Part shown: positions 48,008 through 61,340 of the stretch, in pieces
How the letters are laid out: each line of letters begins with the position of its first letter
Position numbering within the stretch: the first letter of the stretch is position 1
Origin: Chlorokybus atmophyticus
Lineage: Eukaryota; Plantae; Mesostigma and Chlorokybus algae
Assembly (NCBI GenBank): GCA_009103225.1
Contig: RHPI01003261.1
Location: 1-64,000 of the forward strand
Direction of reading: 5' to 3'
DNA: 64,000 bases
Made by a program: the position numbers and the translations under genes
The notes under the pieces: model-generated
What the model saw: only the letters and a program-made list of their open reading frames with translations
The model's database searches: none
Told to the model about the DNA's origin: nothing

Positions 48008-48924
48008 ATGGCTTTTTTCTTTGTGTTTGACGTTCAGCCGGACATCAAGGAGGTGGCCGGCGGCGTGGAGAAGCCGTGCTTCAACTGCGGCAGCGTCATG
48101 AAAGAGGTTCAGCTTTGTTTTGCTTAGTTGCTATCACCATCGCCATGTGTGTTGTAAAGGAGACGTTCATTTGTGTGTGCTTGCTGCGTCGGGCATCAGT
48201 TCATGCACGCATGCATGCATGCATGGACACATAGGTGCATGCATGCGCTCATGCATGTGGCAGCCTGGGTTTACTCACCACGCTGTGTTGTTGTGCTGCA
48301 AAAGGCGTTGTGTAGAAAGCGTAGTTTGAGTTATCAATCATGCTGCCTACACCTCCATCAGCATCACCAGCTGATCTGAGCCTCAATTCTAACTTGTCGC
48401 GCTGCCAGCAGAGTCATGAACTCATCTCTTCTATTCACCAACACTCACTCACCAACACAAGACGAGCCATCACTGACCACTGGCGGGATCACGAACGCAC
48501 ACACGCGCGCACACACACACACGCACACGCGCGCGCGCGTACACTGTCTCTCTCCTCTTACCCCCTACACATGCACACACACGCACGCACGCATGCACGC
48601 ACATGTGTAGATGAACTTACATCGTTTCTAACCCAGGTCCGCATCGGCCACCGTTTCCGGGTGTTCTTCATCCCTGTCTGGCACTCCCGCGGCCACTCCC
48701 GTCTCCTCCACTGCTTCACCTGCGGCCTGACCGTCCTGCTGGATGAGTACGACCGGTACGCCAGCCGGTGGGTGACGCTGTCGCAGACGGAGAGGGACAG
48801 GAACATGAATGTGAAGGAGAACAGCAAGGGTGGGGGAGCGATGACGGTGTGTCCCACATGTGGAGCGAGGGTGGAGAGAGGGATGAACTACTGCTCGAAC
48901 TGTGGGAGCAGGCTGTATGTGTAG
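48008..48924 (+). CDS. Zinc-ribbon protein (zinc_ribbon_15-like plus C-terminal double zinc ribbon), paralog 1; exons 48008-48106 and 48637-48924
   Basis: KPCFNCG...FFIPVW...LHCFTCG...CPTCG...NYCSNCGSRL gives four CxxC pairs. Confidence 0.8.
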
Positions 48925-49330
48925 GGGTTGCGTGGGTGACGACGCGCTGCAGGCTTGTGTGTGTGTATGTGTGTATGCTGGGTGCTCTCTGTTTGTACAG
49001 AGGTGGGGTGGGGCGGGGGCTAGTGTCAAGTTTGTGGTGGGTGTGCGCCAAGCAATGATCGCTTACAGGTCCACAAGACTCATGACAGTAGCATGCACGC
49101 TTGCATGCAACCATGCCGACTTCCTCACTGCTGCCGCACTCGTTGCGGAGGGCCTGTTAGCGCAGATGCTCCAACATTCACTCATACATGTGGCACAGCT
49201 ACAGTGCTGTCATGTGCAGACTCAATACCCTTCGTGTGCAGTGGCAAGACCATGTTTGTGTTGTTCACAGCAGTACACAGGAAGGACTGCAGCAACTTGA
49301 GTTGAACTGACACGAGAATACACCTTGTCT

Positions 49331-50540
49331 TTACTTGAAGAACTCTTGCAATGCGCGGTCAAACTGGTCAAACTCCGTCGCGAGCGACCGTTTGCTGCCG
49401 GGTGCAGTGCCACTGCGTGACCGGCGCTTTGCGCCAACAACATGTTGTTGCTGCTGCTGTTCTGCAGCAGAAGGGTGGTATTTGAGCTGCAATGAGCCCT
49501 GCTTTACGCGCACTGCTGGGGGAGGCTCGGACGGAACGATGGAACTTTTCTGCTTGTTGATGATGTTGTCCTTTGGTGTGCGTGCGGCTTGTTGATAGCC
49601 ATGAGCTGAGCTCATCTCTGTCGTGTCCTCAGCGCTAGCGCGGGGCTCTTGCACAGCGGTCAGATTGTTTGCATGACCCGTGGACAAGTCATCTGCAGTA
49701 AAGGGTTGTACACATGTACATGCGCGATGTCACAGTATGACTTATCTGAACGAGTGCGCGCGGGTGCGCATGTGCATATGCGCGCACTTCAACATGTGCA
49801 TGGGCGTCTTGCTGCATTGGCATATGCTTGTGCAAGTACATAGCCTGCGGTCTTTACCTCCTTCAGAATCTCGCTCTCCAGCCGACTCATCCCACAACGC
49901 CACTTCTTCCGGCCATTCAAAGTACCCCGTTGCGTCTTTCTTCTTCTTTTCCTTCCACGCGGACGGTCCCGCAGCTTGCAGCCTGTCGCGCGGGGCGTTT
50001 GGGTCCGGCTGTATCCAATCGTCGTACGTGAAGGAGTCGATCAACATGTCTTTGCGGGTGCGAGCGGCCTCGGGCTCTTGTATGCAAGCCAGACCGCCAG
50101 CTGGCAGCATGGCCAATGCTGCGTGCAGTGCACGCACCAACAGCTGCTTGTCCTGAGCAATGTGAATAACATAGGCAGTAAGCTTGCCTCAGTCCGTGCT
50201 GACTCAACAAGCAGCTGGTTTCAACCATAGCACGCTTGTAGAGCTTGAGCCTTACTTGAGTAGATTAGGCGGCAAGCAGCACCGTGTCAAGACTGGCTTC
50301 CGTCTTGCAGGCTGGGGCTGACTGCTCCTGTTGCTTGCCTGGACAACCAATGATGTGTAAGGTAGCTCGCAGTACAATGTCACAAACGGGCACTGTTTTG
50401 CCACAAGCAGCGCTCATCATTAGCAGGCTAGTAGCGTCACAGCTGGAGCTGTGGTGAACAATATGCGTTGGCGTAGCTTTGTGAGACATACGGCACTGGT
50501 TGCATGTATTGCTACACAGGCTAGCGATTGGCATCAATTA
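49331..50540 (-). CDS. Hypothetical multi-exon protein
   Basis: Protein-like exons LHAALAMLPAGGLACIQ...DSFTYDDWIQPDP...GYFEWPEEVALWD and ...LATEFDQFDRALQEFF. Family not recognised. Confidence 0.5.
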
Positions 50541-51228
50541 GTACAACACTCGGAATATCACAAAGCAACATGTGCTCCAAGTGTGCAGAGTCAAGAAAGG
50601 GCAAGGACCGAAGCACAATGCACTGCACAGTCAAAGCAGTTGCAGTTTACGCGAGTGCTAACAGACAGATCACACACAGACACACACACACGCACACACA
50701 CACACACACACACACACGTTGCACTTGTGTTGAAGCAACAAGCATGCAACCTTCAAGACAGTCAGCGACTGTACACCTGTGGTCGTCCAAACTTCAGCTC
50801 CCCCCCACCAACGCAAAGCACCTTTATTGCTTAGAAGCTAAAACCGTCGCCCCCAGCTCAAGCTTGGACTCACAGGAGGAGGGCAGCAACATGCCTCCGG
50901 AAGAGCACACCTCCACGCCGGTGGGCGGCGGCGACACCGGCTAGCTGCTTGCACTGCCAATGCTGTGACACCAAGCAAGCAGCTATATATGCTTTTCCTC
51001 AAACGAGACAAGACTCAAGCCCCAATCTACTACATCGACGCCAATGGTGATATCTGTGGCTCTGTAGCTGGAGTACCTGTTGATATTCTGGCTACAACTT
51101 GATATCACATAAACAGCTTAGCGTAGCTGAGCTAAGGGCTGCTGGATGAGAAGAAGGCGGCGGCGGTGGCGGCGGCGAAGGAGGTGTGCGTGAGGAGGGG
51201 AGTACCAGAGTGGAGCAGCAGCAGCATC

Positions 51229-52276
51229 ATGTCGTTCTCTTTCCTGACGGACGTGCAGCCGCACATCAAGGAGATCCCTGACGGCGTGGAGAAGCCGTGC
51301 GTCAACTGCGGGGACGTCATGAGGGAGGTGCGCAGCCCTCTGCCTGGTTGCTTGAGCTGCAGCAAGCTTATAACTCACGCATGTGCATGATGCTTGCGAC
51401 TGCGTGGGCACTTGTAGGAGAGGCTCAGCTTGGAAAGGGTTGTGAGATGGAGCTGGAGATAGCTGCGTGCTGCATGGCTGCATGCATGAGACAGGCAGCC
51501 ATGCAACATGCCCGACTTGCAAAGGACGTTTGAAATATTGTCGAGAAGGTTGAGTGCTTCTTCGTTGTTGACAGCTCAGTGGCATGGCATGCATGACTTC
51601 GCAGCAACGTAGAAATCTAATCTAACAATAGTCAAGTACACGCACAGACGGTAACGCTCTCTACTCAACCACTTGCTTGACACTGATGAGCATATAACCA
51701 AACAATTCATCAATTTCATCATGCAGCAACGGTTGACTCAGTGCATGCATGCCGTCAGCTAGTCATTCTGTCTCACTCGCTCCTTCTTTCATCGGACATC
51801 CTGTGGCCTTCAAGTCGTATCAACAAGCATCCAACAGCTACCTTAACAACCCAGTGCATGCAGAAGTTTTTCGCTTAGGTTTCAAGCAGACAATCGACTG
51901 AACCGACCAACGTCGCAGCATCCAGCAGCTCTGCCTCAAACACTCTGAGTAACAGTTGGCAGCTACTCTCATCTTTTCCTTATCTCAGGTCCGCATGTCC
52001 CATCGCTTGCGCATACTGTTCATCCCAGTCTGGCAGCGTCGTGCCGGCGGCTTGAGGAGCTCCAGCAGGCTGCTTCACTGCTTCAACTGTGGGTTGACGG
52101 TGCCGCTGGAGGACTACGACAGGGTGGCGGCGGCCTGGAGCACAGGAGAGAAGGAGGCTTCTACCCTGCTTGCTCCGGCCTCGGCCGCAGCCACGTGCCC
52201 GTTCTGTGGTGCTAACATCAACCGAGGGTTCAACTTCTGTCCCAACTGCGGCAACAGGCTGTACATGCAGATGTGA
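51229..52276 (+). CDS. Zinc-ribbon protein, paralog 2; exons 51229-51327 and 51989-52276
   Basis: KPCVNCG...LFIPVW...LHCFNCG...CPFCG...NFCPNCGNRL, with the same intron position as paralog 1. Confidence 0.8.
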
Positions 52277-52742
52277 GGGTGAGACAGTTGTGTGCAATGG
52301 TGCAAAGGGTGGGGCTTGTGCGTGCAGCACTGGTCCAGGACTGGCTTGGGTTTGGGGAGCTTTTTGTTCTTAGACTTGGCTGCAATGAAACCAAGCTGGC
52401 AGGATATTAATAAAGCAGGCTGGTAGAAAGCGCGTTCAGCAATAAGGGAATTTGAGTTGAGTATGGTCAGCAGCGCGCAATTCGTTACTGGCATAGTGTG
52501 CAAAACTTGCACTGGCTTGTGCATGTGATGATAGCCACACACCTGCCGCTTACGGTAAGCATCAGTGGGGCGCAGCACTTGCATTCCTTGAACTAGGTGA
52601 TGGTTTTCTTGTGACCTAGACTGGGGCGGGCATGGTTGTAGAGAGGAACCAACTGTCCGCCAATCATAAGTTTGGTGGAGTCTTTCAATTGTGAGCGGAA
52701 AGGTACCAGCTTTTGTCGGGAAGCGGCAAGGTGCGTGGAGAG

Positions 52743-53560
52743 TTATTCTCTCCTACGCGGAGTCCGACACTGTCGAGGACCAATCACGGGCGTTGGTAAG
52801 CACGTGGGGAACAACCTTACAATGCATGCGCCCGTGGTGTAAGCATTGTATGTAGTTAGCACACTGCGCGCGTTGTTAACGCGTAGGGTGAATCCCCATA
52901 GCATAGCACCGTCAGGGATGACTGAGGTGTACATGCGATCAGCGTCCATCAGGTGCTTAGAAGGCGCATTGGCAGCGCACAGACACGAAGCCCATTTTGC
53001 CATAGAAATCATTGCATCAGCAACATAGGATCAAGGCAAGTGGCGCAACACTGGCGTGAGGTGCACATTGTGAATGACACCATGTGATGTGTTTGCGGTG
53101 TATGTGGCATGCGATCTTTGTACACAAGGAGGAGCTAACTTGCGGGCAGCATGCAGAGCGGGTGATAACGGCTACGCTGTATGCTAGCTGCATACAATAG
53201 AATAGAGGGGCCATCAGCCAGTCTGCATATGATGGTGTAGCCGAGTGTGCCACGAGCCGTGTGTGCCGCGTGCATGTCTGTATGCGTGACTAGCGTGCGT
53301 CGCTACGTGAGACAGTGGTACCGCAACCTGACCATGTGCATGCGATGCACCTCCCACAAAGAAGGTATGGTCAGCAGAAGTATGGGCGTTATTACCATCA
53401 GCAGTGCTTTAGCAACCACATCTGCAAATGCAGTGCTGCTGGTGTTGATTGCTGCTGATGCACAATTTTGCCACCGTCTGTGAGTTTTCATAACATCATT
53501 GCAGTCAGACAGATGAGACACTCTTCTGCAAGCTGTGCTGAGGAATCGCCACATACTGCC
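52743..53560 (-). CDS. Possible hypothetical spliced protein with hydrophobic segments
   Basis: Open segments VVAKALLMVITPILLLTIPSLWE|GT and DWLMAPLFYCMQLAYSVAVI|GT. No family recognised. Confidence 0.3.
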
Positions 53561-53642
53561 AAACAATTGTCCATACGGCAATTGCTTGAACTGGTGCACA
53601 CCTCACGCGGACAACTTGCAACACGCTCAGCAACAATTCAAG

Positions 53643-53769
53643 TCAACCCCTGTTGCGCTGTTCGGGTGGCGTAGGCTGTACACAGTCCTCCTCATCCTCA
53701 TCCTCATCCTCATCCTCATCCTCATCCTCAACATGCTGTTCAACGTATGCATGCGCTTGGTGCCGCTGC

Positions 53770-53813
<44 letters not shown>

Positions 53814-56573
53814 TTGTTGTTGTTGTTGTTGTTGGTGTTGGTGTTGGTGGTGGTGCTGCTGCTGTTGTTGCTGTTGCTGCTGTTGTTGCTGTTGTTGTAC
53901 ACTCTGCTGCCCATACCGCGCTTGCCCTCCTGCTGCAACACGCCACGGCACCATTAACAACACCACCACAACATGCAAGCCAACAACTCCTAACCTCAGC
54001 ACAACGATACTCTGTTGCCTCACCTGATAAGAGGCTTCGGCTGCCAGCCAATTCAGACGAGTCAGAAGCTGGGGGAGGCACGTTCACCCTCGCATTGGGT
54101 ATCGGCACGGGCGGTGGACCCGTAGACGTGCTGTGCTGTGGCTGGCCATCTGTAAGAGGTGCTGTTATAGTTTGTCTCAAGTGTTGCTCACAAGCAACAT
54201 CCATGAGCAGCTAGCTTGCAATGCTGTAAACTTCGATTTAATCACAGCCTGACTGCATGCACACATGTGTGCGTGCATGTGTACGCACGTGTACGCGCAC
54301 GTGTGCATGTATATGCGCTGTTGCAATTTGCTCAATTGTGCGGGCCACCCAACAGCAGCCATGAATTTGCCCATGCAACTTTATGTCTGCCGCCAACAGA
54401 ACGAGTTATCTGCTTGCAATGTGTTACCAGACAGGGCCGACCATCGAGGCGTGCGCGGGAAGCCGGTCACGCTGTCACGCGGCGGCTCCCCATTGTTGGC
54501 ATGCATCGGCGTGTTCTCCTTCTCTCTTTGCTGCTGGCTCGCTGTAACACCTGTACACAACAACATGTCAGCAATGTTCGCACACATGAATGTTACCACC
54601 ATGTATACCAACCTTCGGCATCGTCTTCGGGAGGCAGCTGTGATTGAAGCATTGTTGCCAGGATGAGCTCCGCGTTGAAGTCCGGCTGCGCGGATTCGTC
54701 CATTTGAAAGCGGGGCACAAGCAACACGGGACTGCCACGCAACACGCAATGTTTAAATACCACACATCATTGGTTACTCCATGTTAAAGTTCACACGCTA
54801 TGCATGCTCCAACCTGCCAGCTGCCTGCAGGTACATCTTCACATCCGCATCAGCTCCCTCACAGAACGATGCTATGGCCTTCACATAAGCAACACGTGAG
54901 TGAGGGCTTTTCAACTCAAAGACGCACACACGTGCAGACGCGCACGCGCACGCACGCGCACGCACTCGCACACACGTGTATCACCTTGAGCTCCTTGACG
55001 GAGAACGTCACGTCCAAGGGCCTCCCTTGGTGTTGGTACTGCAGCAGCTCCTGCGTTGGATCCAAGCGCAACCGCGTGTAGAGCGCCCTTTCACTCGGGT
55101 CTGAACGACAACATACTTCTGTCACCAACAACAAACTCACACGCCCACAACATGCACACACACATTGCATGTGAGCGCAGACCGACCTTTGGCAGGGTCC
55201 AAGTACGACCGCAGCTCCACCGCTTGCTCGGAGGCGATGAGAGTGAGCTCGGGAAGAGTGGACTGGAAGGATGAAAGCAGGCGAGTGAGAGTCTTTGGCC
55301 TCACCTGAACGCAACATAGCCATTTTGACTCTTATTTGGTTGCCAGCTAGACTCTCGCCATGACTTAATCTGTTTGCCTGCGTGTGCGTGCTGGCGCGCG
55401 AGCAAGCGTGCGCATGCGCGAGTGCGTGTGTTTGTGTATATGACTGCGAGCGTGTGCATGCATGCATGCGTTCGTGCGCGCGTGCCTACCGTGAGTTGGG
55501 TGCCGTACGTGTTTCTGTCAACAGATGCTTGCAAGATCTCCGCGTCACTGTTGCAAGCCAGCGAGTATGTCTTCCTAACGCCTGTTTACAAGTACGATTG
55601 GTCATCCAACGATGATATGCAAATGTGCCGCATGCAACATACCGTCTTTGCAGTCCAGCACGAAGACGATGTAATCCGCGCGCGCATGAAGCAGCTTGAT
55701 GGTCAGACGCTCAACGCCGTGCTGAGCTCTGAGCACTGTTGCAACCGACTGCCACGCAACACAGAGAGGGATTCATGTGTATACCACACGCACACATGTA
55801 TGCAGACTCGCACACACGCACGCACGCACACACATGTGCGCACTAACAAGTATGCGTGCATGCACGCGCACACACACACACACACGCTCGCACATGCACA
55901 AACATATGCACGCGCACACGCATTCTCTTTACCTTGAGCAGTGTCCCGCACTGTATGACGGCGTTGTGCACGCGGTACTCCTCGAAGAAGCGGCTCGAGA
56001 AGGTGATCGCCAGGAAGGCCGAGCGCGCGATGTTCAGCGTGCGCAGAATGAGCTGTGAGGTCGAGACAAGTGTGAACAAGGAGTTAGAGTGTGTGCGGGT
56101 TGCCAGACCCAGCTGTATATGCAATTGCGGAACAAGAACTGTGTCTTGGTAGGCTCGCCAGAAGTGTGGATATGCATGCATGCATGCATGCGCATGTACG
56201 AGTGTAACCTTGCTTGCAAGGCATGTCCATTTCTAGACACTCGTGGGAAAAACTCCGTCAAAGTAAGCATTTCGCATGCAAACACACATACGCGCGTGAT
56301 GTGCGTGCGCGTGCGTGCTTTCTGCGCACAGACTCCCGTCTCACATGCAGGCGAGTCCGAATCAGACAGCCCGTTCTCAAACAACTGTTTCGCATGCATG
56401 CGAACACCACTGCGGCCATCACCACCACACACCGCATCAGATAACTCAGCGCTTTCCACTAAACTCACTTTGGCAGGGAACGCTTCCAGCAGCAGCTCGC
56501 TGCCGATCTTGGTCAGACACGCGACGGCGCGGGCGAGGGCGCGGACCTGACCGGGACCAAGAACGCACTCCAT
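53643..56573 (-). CDS. RAD9: Checkpoint clamp (9-1-1) subunit RAD9, multi-exon
   Basis: MECVLGPGQVRALARAVACLTKIGSELLLE, LRTLNIARSAFLAITF, GVRKTYSLAC, LTRLLSSFQSTLPELTLIA, DVTFSVKELK, and an acidic tail ending VQPTPP. Confidence 0.92.
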
Positions 56574-57127
56574 AACAACAACAACAACTCCTCACAGATC
56601 TACTAACGCACTACTCTACTGAAAACAGTATCATCTGCGAACCAACATCCCACTACTACTATCACCATTTGCTACTGCTGCTACTAACACAACAGCTGCT
56701 GCTGCTCCACTAGACGCATAGCCTATCACAGCGTGTCAAGCTTCAGCTAAGCTGGCCTTACCCTGCGTTAATGCAACTACTTCACCCCCTTTCGTTGGCC
56801 TGTCAAGTGCTGCTAGCGCTACTGCATGTGCAAGCCTCTTGAAGCGTAAGCTGCGGCTCTGCCAGCCATTGCCTGAAGCGGCTCACTCGAAGCTCAAACA
56901 AGCAGCAGGGAAGAAGAAGAAGCTTTCAGCAATGCATGCTTTGAATTAAGCGCCAGCTTTGCCCGGCAATCCTTCTTGTGGCCCACCTCCTCCTCCTCCC
57001 CCCTCGCTGTCCTGCTCGTCGCCGTCGACCTTGTCACACTCCTCCTCCTCCTGCTCCGCCGCCGGCGCAACGCGCAGCACAACACTTCCCGCGCTTTCTG
57101 ACAGTGCTTTGTGGCGCTATTTACTTG

Positions 57128-59601
57128 ATGGCGGACGTGGCGGCGGCGGCGGCGGTGGTCGCTTGGCCGTCGTCGTCGTCGTCGTCGTCGCCCTCGTCGT
57201 TGTCGTCGAGGTGGAGGAGAAGAAGGGTTGCGGAGCAACGCGACGGCGGTGGCGGAGGAGTGCGCCTGCCTCGCCGTGCCTGGAGCAGACGAGCGCTTGT
57301 CCTCCCCACCCCGCGCCATGGCCTGGTCAATGCTGTTGTGCACGTCAAGGTCGTCAACGCCCGGGCGGCGTCCACGCAGGAGCAGCAGGCGAAGCAGGTT
57401 GGCGAGGAGACATCAAGATGAATTACTTGCTCGCTTGCTCAACTGCTGTCTCAAACAAACAAACATACAAACAAATCCAATGGCGTTCTTGGCGGCTTGC
57501 TTTGCGTGTCTGTGACAATTGCAGTAATGTCACAGTCACACAAGTCCCCGAGCTTGTAGGTATACATCCCCAATGCGTGTGAGGAAGCGTTGCTCTCTTT
57601 TGCGAGTACAGTTTAGGGAATTGCCATACATGCGTTGTCAAGGTTTTTGGTCTATCCCTCAACATTACATGCGTTTGTGCACTCGATTGACATTTTCACA
57701 CACGTAAACCTGTTGTACCGTTTGTGACTGATGTTTTGCAACCTAATCCGCTGTGGTCGGTTAGACAAATTCTCTTCACAAGGTGCATAATCGTTCATCC
57801 GCGGGCAGCAATCAGATTGTACACGCACGACAACATCTTTCACGTGCAGAGCTATGCATCAACCTTGTTGGCGGAAAGATGGTGATAGTTCTTTGCATGC
57901 ACTGCAGAACAGTGTTAAGTACTGAAAACCTTAGAGTTGATATTATCATACAAATCACGCACGCACATCGCGCACCAGGATTCAGCCAGAGATGAACAAG
58001 GCCGCAGCCACGCGCTGCAGTACTTCATAAAGACCGCTGCATCATCACCGCAAGAGATTCGCAGCACGGCATCACTGCGAGCCCACGCTTTTGCCAACTT
58101 TCCAGAGGGGCGCTCTGTATTCTCAATACAGGTATGCACTGGCACGCATTGCACGCACGCACGCATGCATCTACTCACGCAACACATGGTGGTGACCCAT
58201 GCGCACATGCACATGTTCTCATACACACACACGATGTGCGCGCACGAGCACGTCGCTGACTCAAGCACAGGCGTGCGCGCATGTGCAATGCTTGTGAGCA
58301 TGTGGCCACACCTCCTCCCACGCACACAATTATACACACTCACACATGCGTGCAATGCCATGGTGCGTGGCTGAGTTGGTGGCCCACTAGGGAGTGCACA
58401 CACCCCAACTCTGGTCCAGGCCCACAAGGACATGAAGTCCAAAGAGGAGGCGTGTTCTCTCAGCATGAAGCTTGAAGGCAAGGCGCCCGGTTTCCAACGC
58501 GTCGCGTGCGTGCTGGCGAGCGTGAGATGGACCGATGCGTGCGATAGCGAGGGGTGGAGCGATGTTGGGCTTCTGCGGCCATCAGTGCAGGTGGGTGGAG
58601 ATAGAGTGATGTATGTTGAGGGTTGGTGGTGATGTGGGTGTGTGGGCATGTGGGCAGTATGAAGATGAAGAGGGGGTATCGATGCTTGCGGTTGGTTCAC
58701 TTGACGTCAACTTGGGACTGAGGCTGCCGGGAGAAGAATTGGTTGGCGATCACCCTCAGGTTGTGGCAATATTGTGTGCGCACGCTTGAAGTTGTGCTTG
58801 TATGCTATGTGTAATTCCATCCACGTTTACTCATTTTGATACACGTATAGCATATTTGCGTGGTGCTTTTCAGTGTATACTGCACTGCACTCAGATTTGG
58901 CACAAGGCAACATGTTGCTGTGTTTGTAAGTCTGAGTACCTGCTGCTCCTGTAGTAGGGTGCTGGCGCCGCATTTCAACGCGCGTACATATCCAATGTGT
59001 GCGTGCTAAGACAAGCCAGAAGACGTGGCATAGCCACTGCACTACTAGACGCTGCGCAAGGCGTGGCTTCTTCGTGGGGTAAGAGCCGTTGGAGTTGGAG
59101 TGGCAGACTGTGCGTGTGTACGCACATGCGCACCTATGTCAGTGCATTTGCATGCTCGCACGTGTATTTGATCCACACCCAGCCCCTGCACACACACGCA
59201 TGCACATAGGAGTTGTGGAATATACATACACAAGCGCATACACGCGCACACACGGGTGCGCACATGTACACACGCACGCACATACACACGTACAAGCACA
59301 CACGAGCACGCATGCACACATTTGCGCAAGCACGCACATGCGTGTACAAGCGTGCACACGTGCATGCACGCGCGTGTGCATTCCTTGCCGCACCTGTTGC
59401 GTCTCTGATCGTCTTCAGCCGTGTGCGGCAGATGTGCGCGAGCTGTACGTACACGTTGTCGCCGACAATGCTGCAGCACATACTCTCTACATGTCGAACG
59501 GCTTTGTCCCCGAAAAAGAAGAGAGCTCGTCCGCTGCGCGGCTGTACGGACGGCCTCGCAGGATACTCCTCAGAAAACAGTTGAAGAGCGTGCCTTCATA
59601 A
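57128..59601 (+). CDS. GNAT-family N-acetyltransferase, probably plastid-targeted
   Basis: Ser/Arg-rich N-terminus, AVGSLDVNLG, RAYISNVCVLRQARRRGIATALL and LYVHVVADNAAAHTLYMSNGF. Confidence 0.88.
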
Positions 59602-60339
59602 ACGGGGTCATTGTGCATACAAACCAAAGCTAGGTCAATGTGCAGTAAGTGATCAGGTAGTAAAACTGTCAGGTATTATCTACCAATGCATTCAATTGTT
59701 AGTTGCCAGTTATGATTTGAATCTCTCGTCTCGGTCGGCTTTCGGAAGGTCCTCACCCAGCAGTCAATTGTGTCTTGCCTGTACTGCGGACAACTTTGGA
59801 AATTATGGCGGTTAATGAGGTTTTCGGTACTATGTGAATATCATCATGTTTATGTTGTATAAGATGTTCATAGTGTTCACGTGTAGAACACATTGCGCTA
59901 CTCACACATTAACCAAGCAACAGCCACCTACACCAACACGCCTAGCACCAATCACTCGTCTTGCATCACCCCACTATGTGCGCCAGCATGCAATGGTGGT
60001 GTTGCAGGCAACAGGGTCAGCGTCACCTGTAGTACTCTACACTCAGCATGTTACAGGCCATGAACACCCACCGACGGCTCGGAGATGCGTGCTGCCAACA
60101 AGTCCAGACAGCCAACAAGCAACGCAATGGTGTCGCCGCCGCCGCTGCCGCTGCCCCAAAAGCCAACAAGGTGTTGACTGCAACGGATTGAGCTCCCAAC
60201 TGCTATATTATAAAGAGGGTCCGGACACAAACTCACAACACAACTATCAAGCACACCGGTGGTCATGTGTAGATAAACAACGTTAACTACATCAACATGA
60301 ACTTCAGGGCTTGTTTGTGTGATGGGCTTGCGATTGATG

Positions 60340-61340
60340 AGTTGTACCAATGGTTGAGCGCGCGGGCGGGAGTACAACAAGGAAGCGAGAGGCAACAACA
60401 GAGAGGCGACAAAGGCGGCGGCAGAGGAGCACGAGCTGGGGCGCCCGCCTGCAGAGCCCTCAGCAAGCAAGGTAAGGTTCGGCCCTTCTCTACCTGCGCT
60501 CCCGCTTTTTCTTTGACTGCGCTAGCATCAGCTTTGCTTAAGTAGCCGTCTCTCTTCCCCTTCCTGCCTGCGGCTTAGGTGCTCGCGAGCAGCCCAAATA
60601 ATGAGGCCCATCTTTTGACGGCCCCATCCAGGGCAAGAAAGCATGGCCACTCAGACTAGACTCTAAATTCGCTGCGGCACCTAGGCCTGCGTACGTGGGC
60701 AGGTGGGTGGGTGTGATAATTATTGCGTGCGTTCGTGCATGTGCCCCTCCTTTCAGAGAGGAGTCTGGCAGGCTCGATCATTGCAGAGGTGCGGTGTTGA
60801 CATACTACGAGTGCGCCTTTAGGGCAAAGCTGCGACCATATGCAATAAGATGTGGCCGCAACACGCTGCTACTTAATTTCATGCAGGCTATAGGATTTAA
60901 GGGTATGTAGCAGCAACTTTCGGGTTTGCACTGTCATTGCAGGCAGGAGAAACAACAGGATCAACGCTGATGGAGAAGGTGGCTTTCTTCTATCTGCAGG
61001 AAGGAGCACTATGTGCGTATCCGCGCTAGTCTCACCAATGGTTAAGTTACCATACACATTGAGTGCGTGAATTGATATGTAGCTTGGTTGTATTTCGTGG
61101 ATGGAGACAAAGCGCAGCAGCCAATTCCTGCAAATGTTGTTCTAATCAACAACACCGTTAGTCCGATGATATTGCCGTCGGCGACATCATTGGATTGATC
61201 AAGAACGACTTCAAGCTTAAGGTAAAAGTTACACCCCAGTTGTAAGGGCCTGCGCGTCGACGGTGAAGCATGTTTGCAGCTGAATAATTAGATGCAATCC
61301 ATGTTTGCCACAAGCGGCGCAGCTTGCGGCACTACGAATG
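60340..61340 (+). pseudogene. Unknown spliced gene family C, copy 3 (degenerate, opposite orientation)
   Basis: Exon GRPPAEPSASK|GTAAGG (donor 60472), then LYFVDGDKAQ...GEACLQLNN*...SGAACG. It is the reverse complement of blocks at 39770-40430. Confidence 0.6.
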
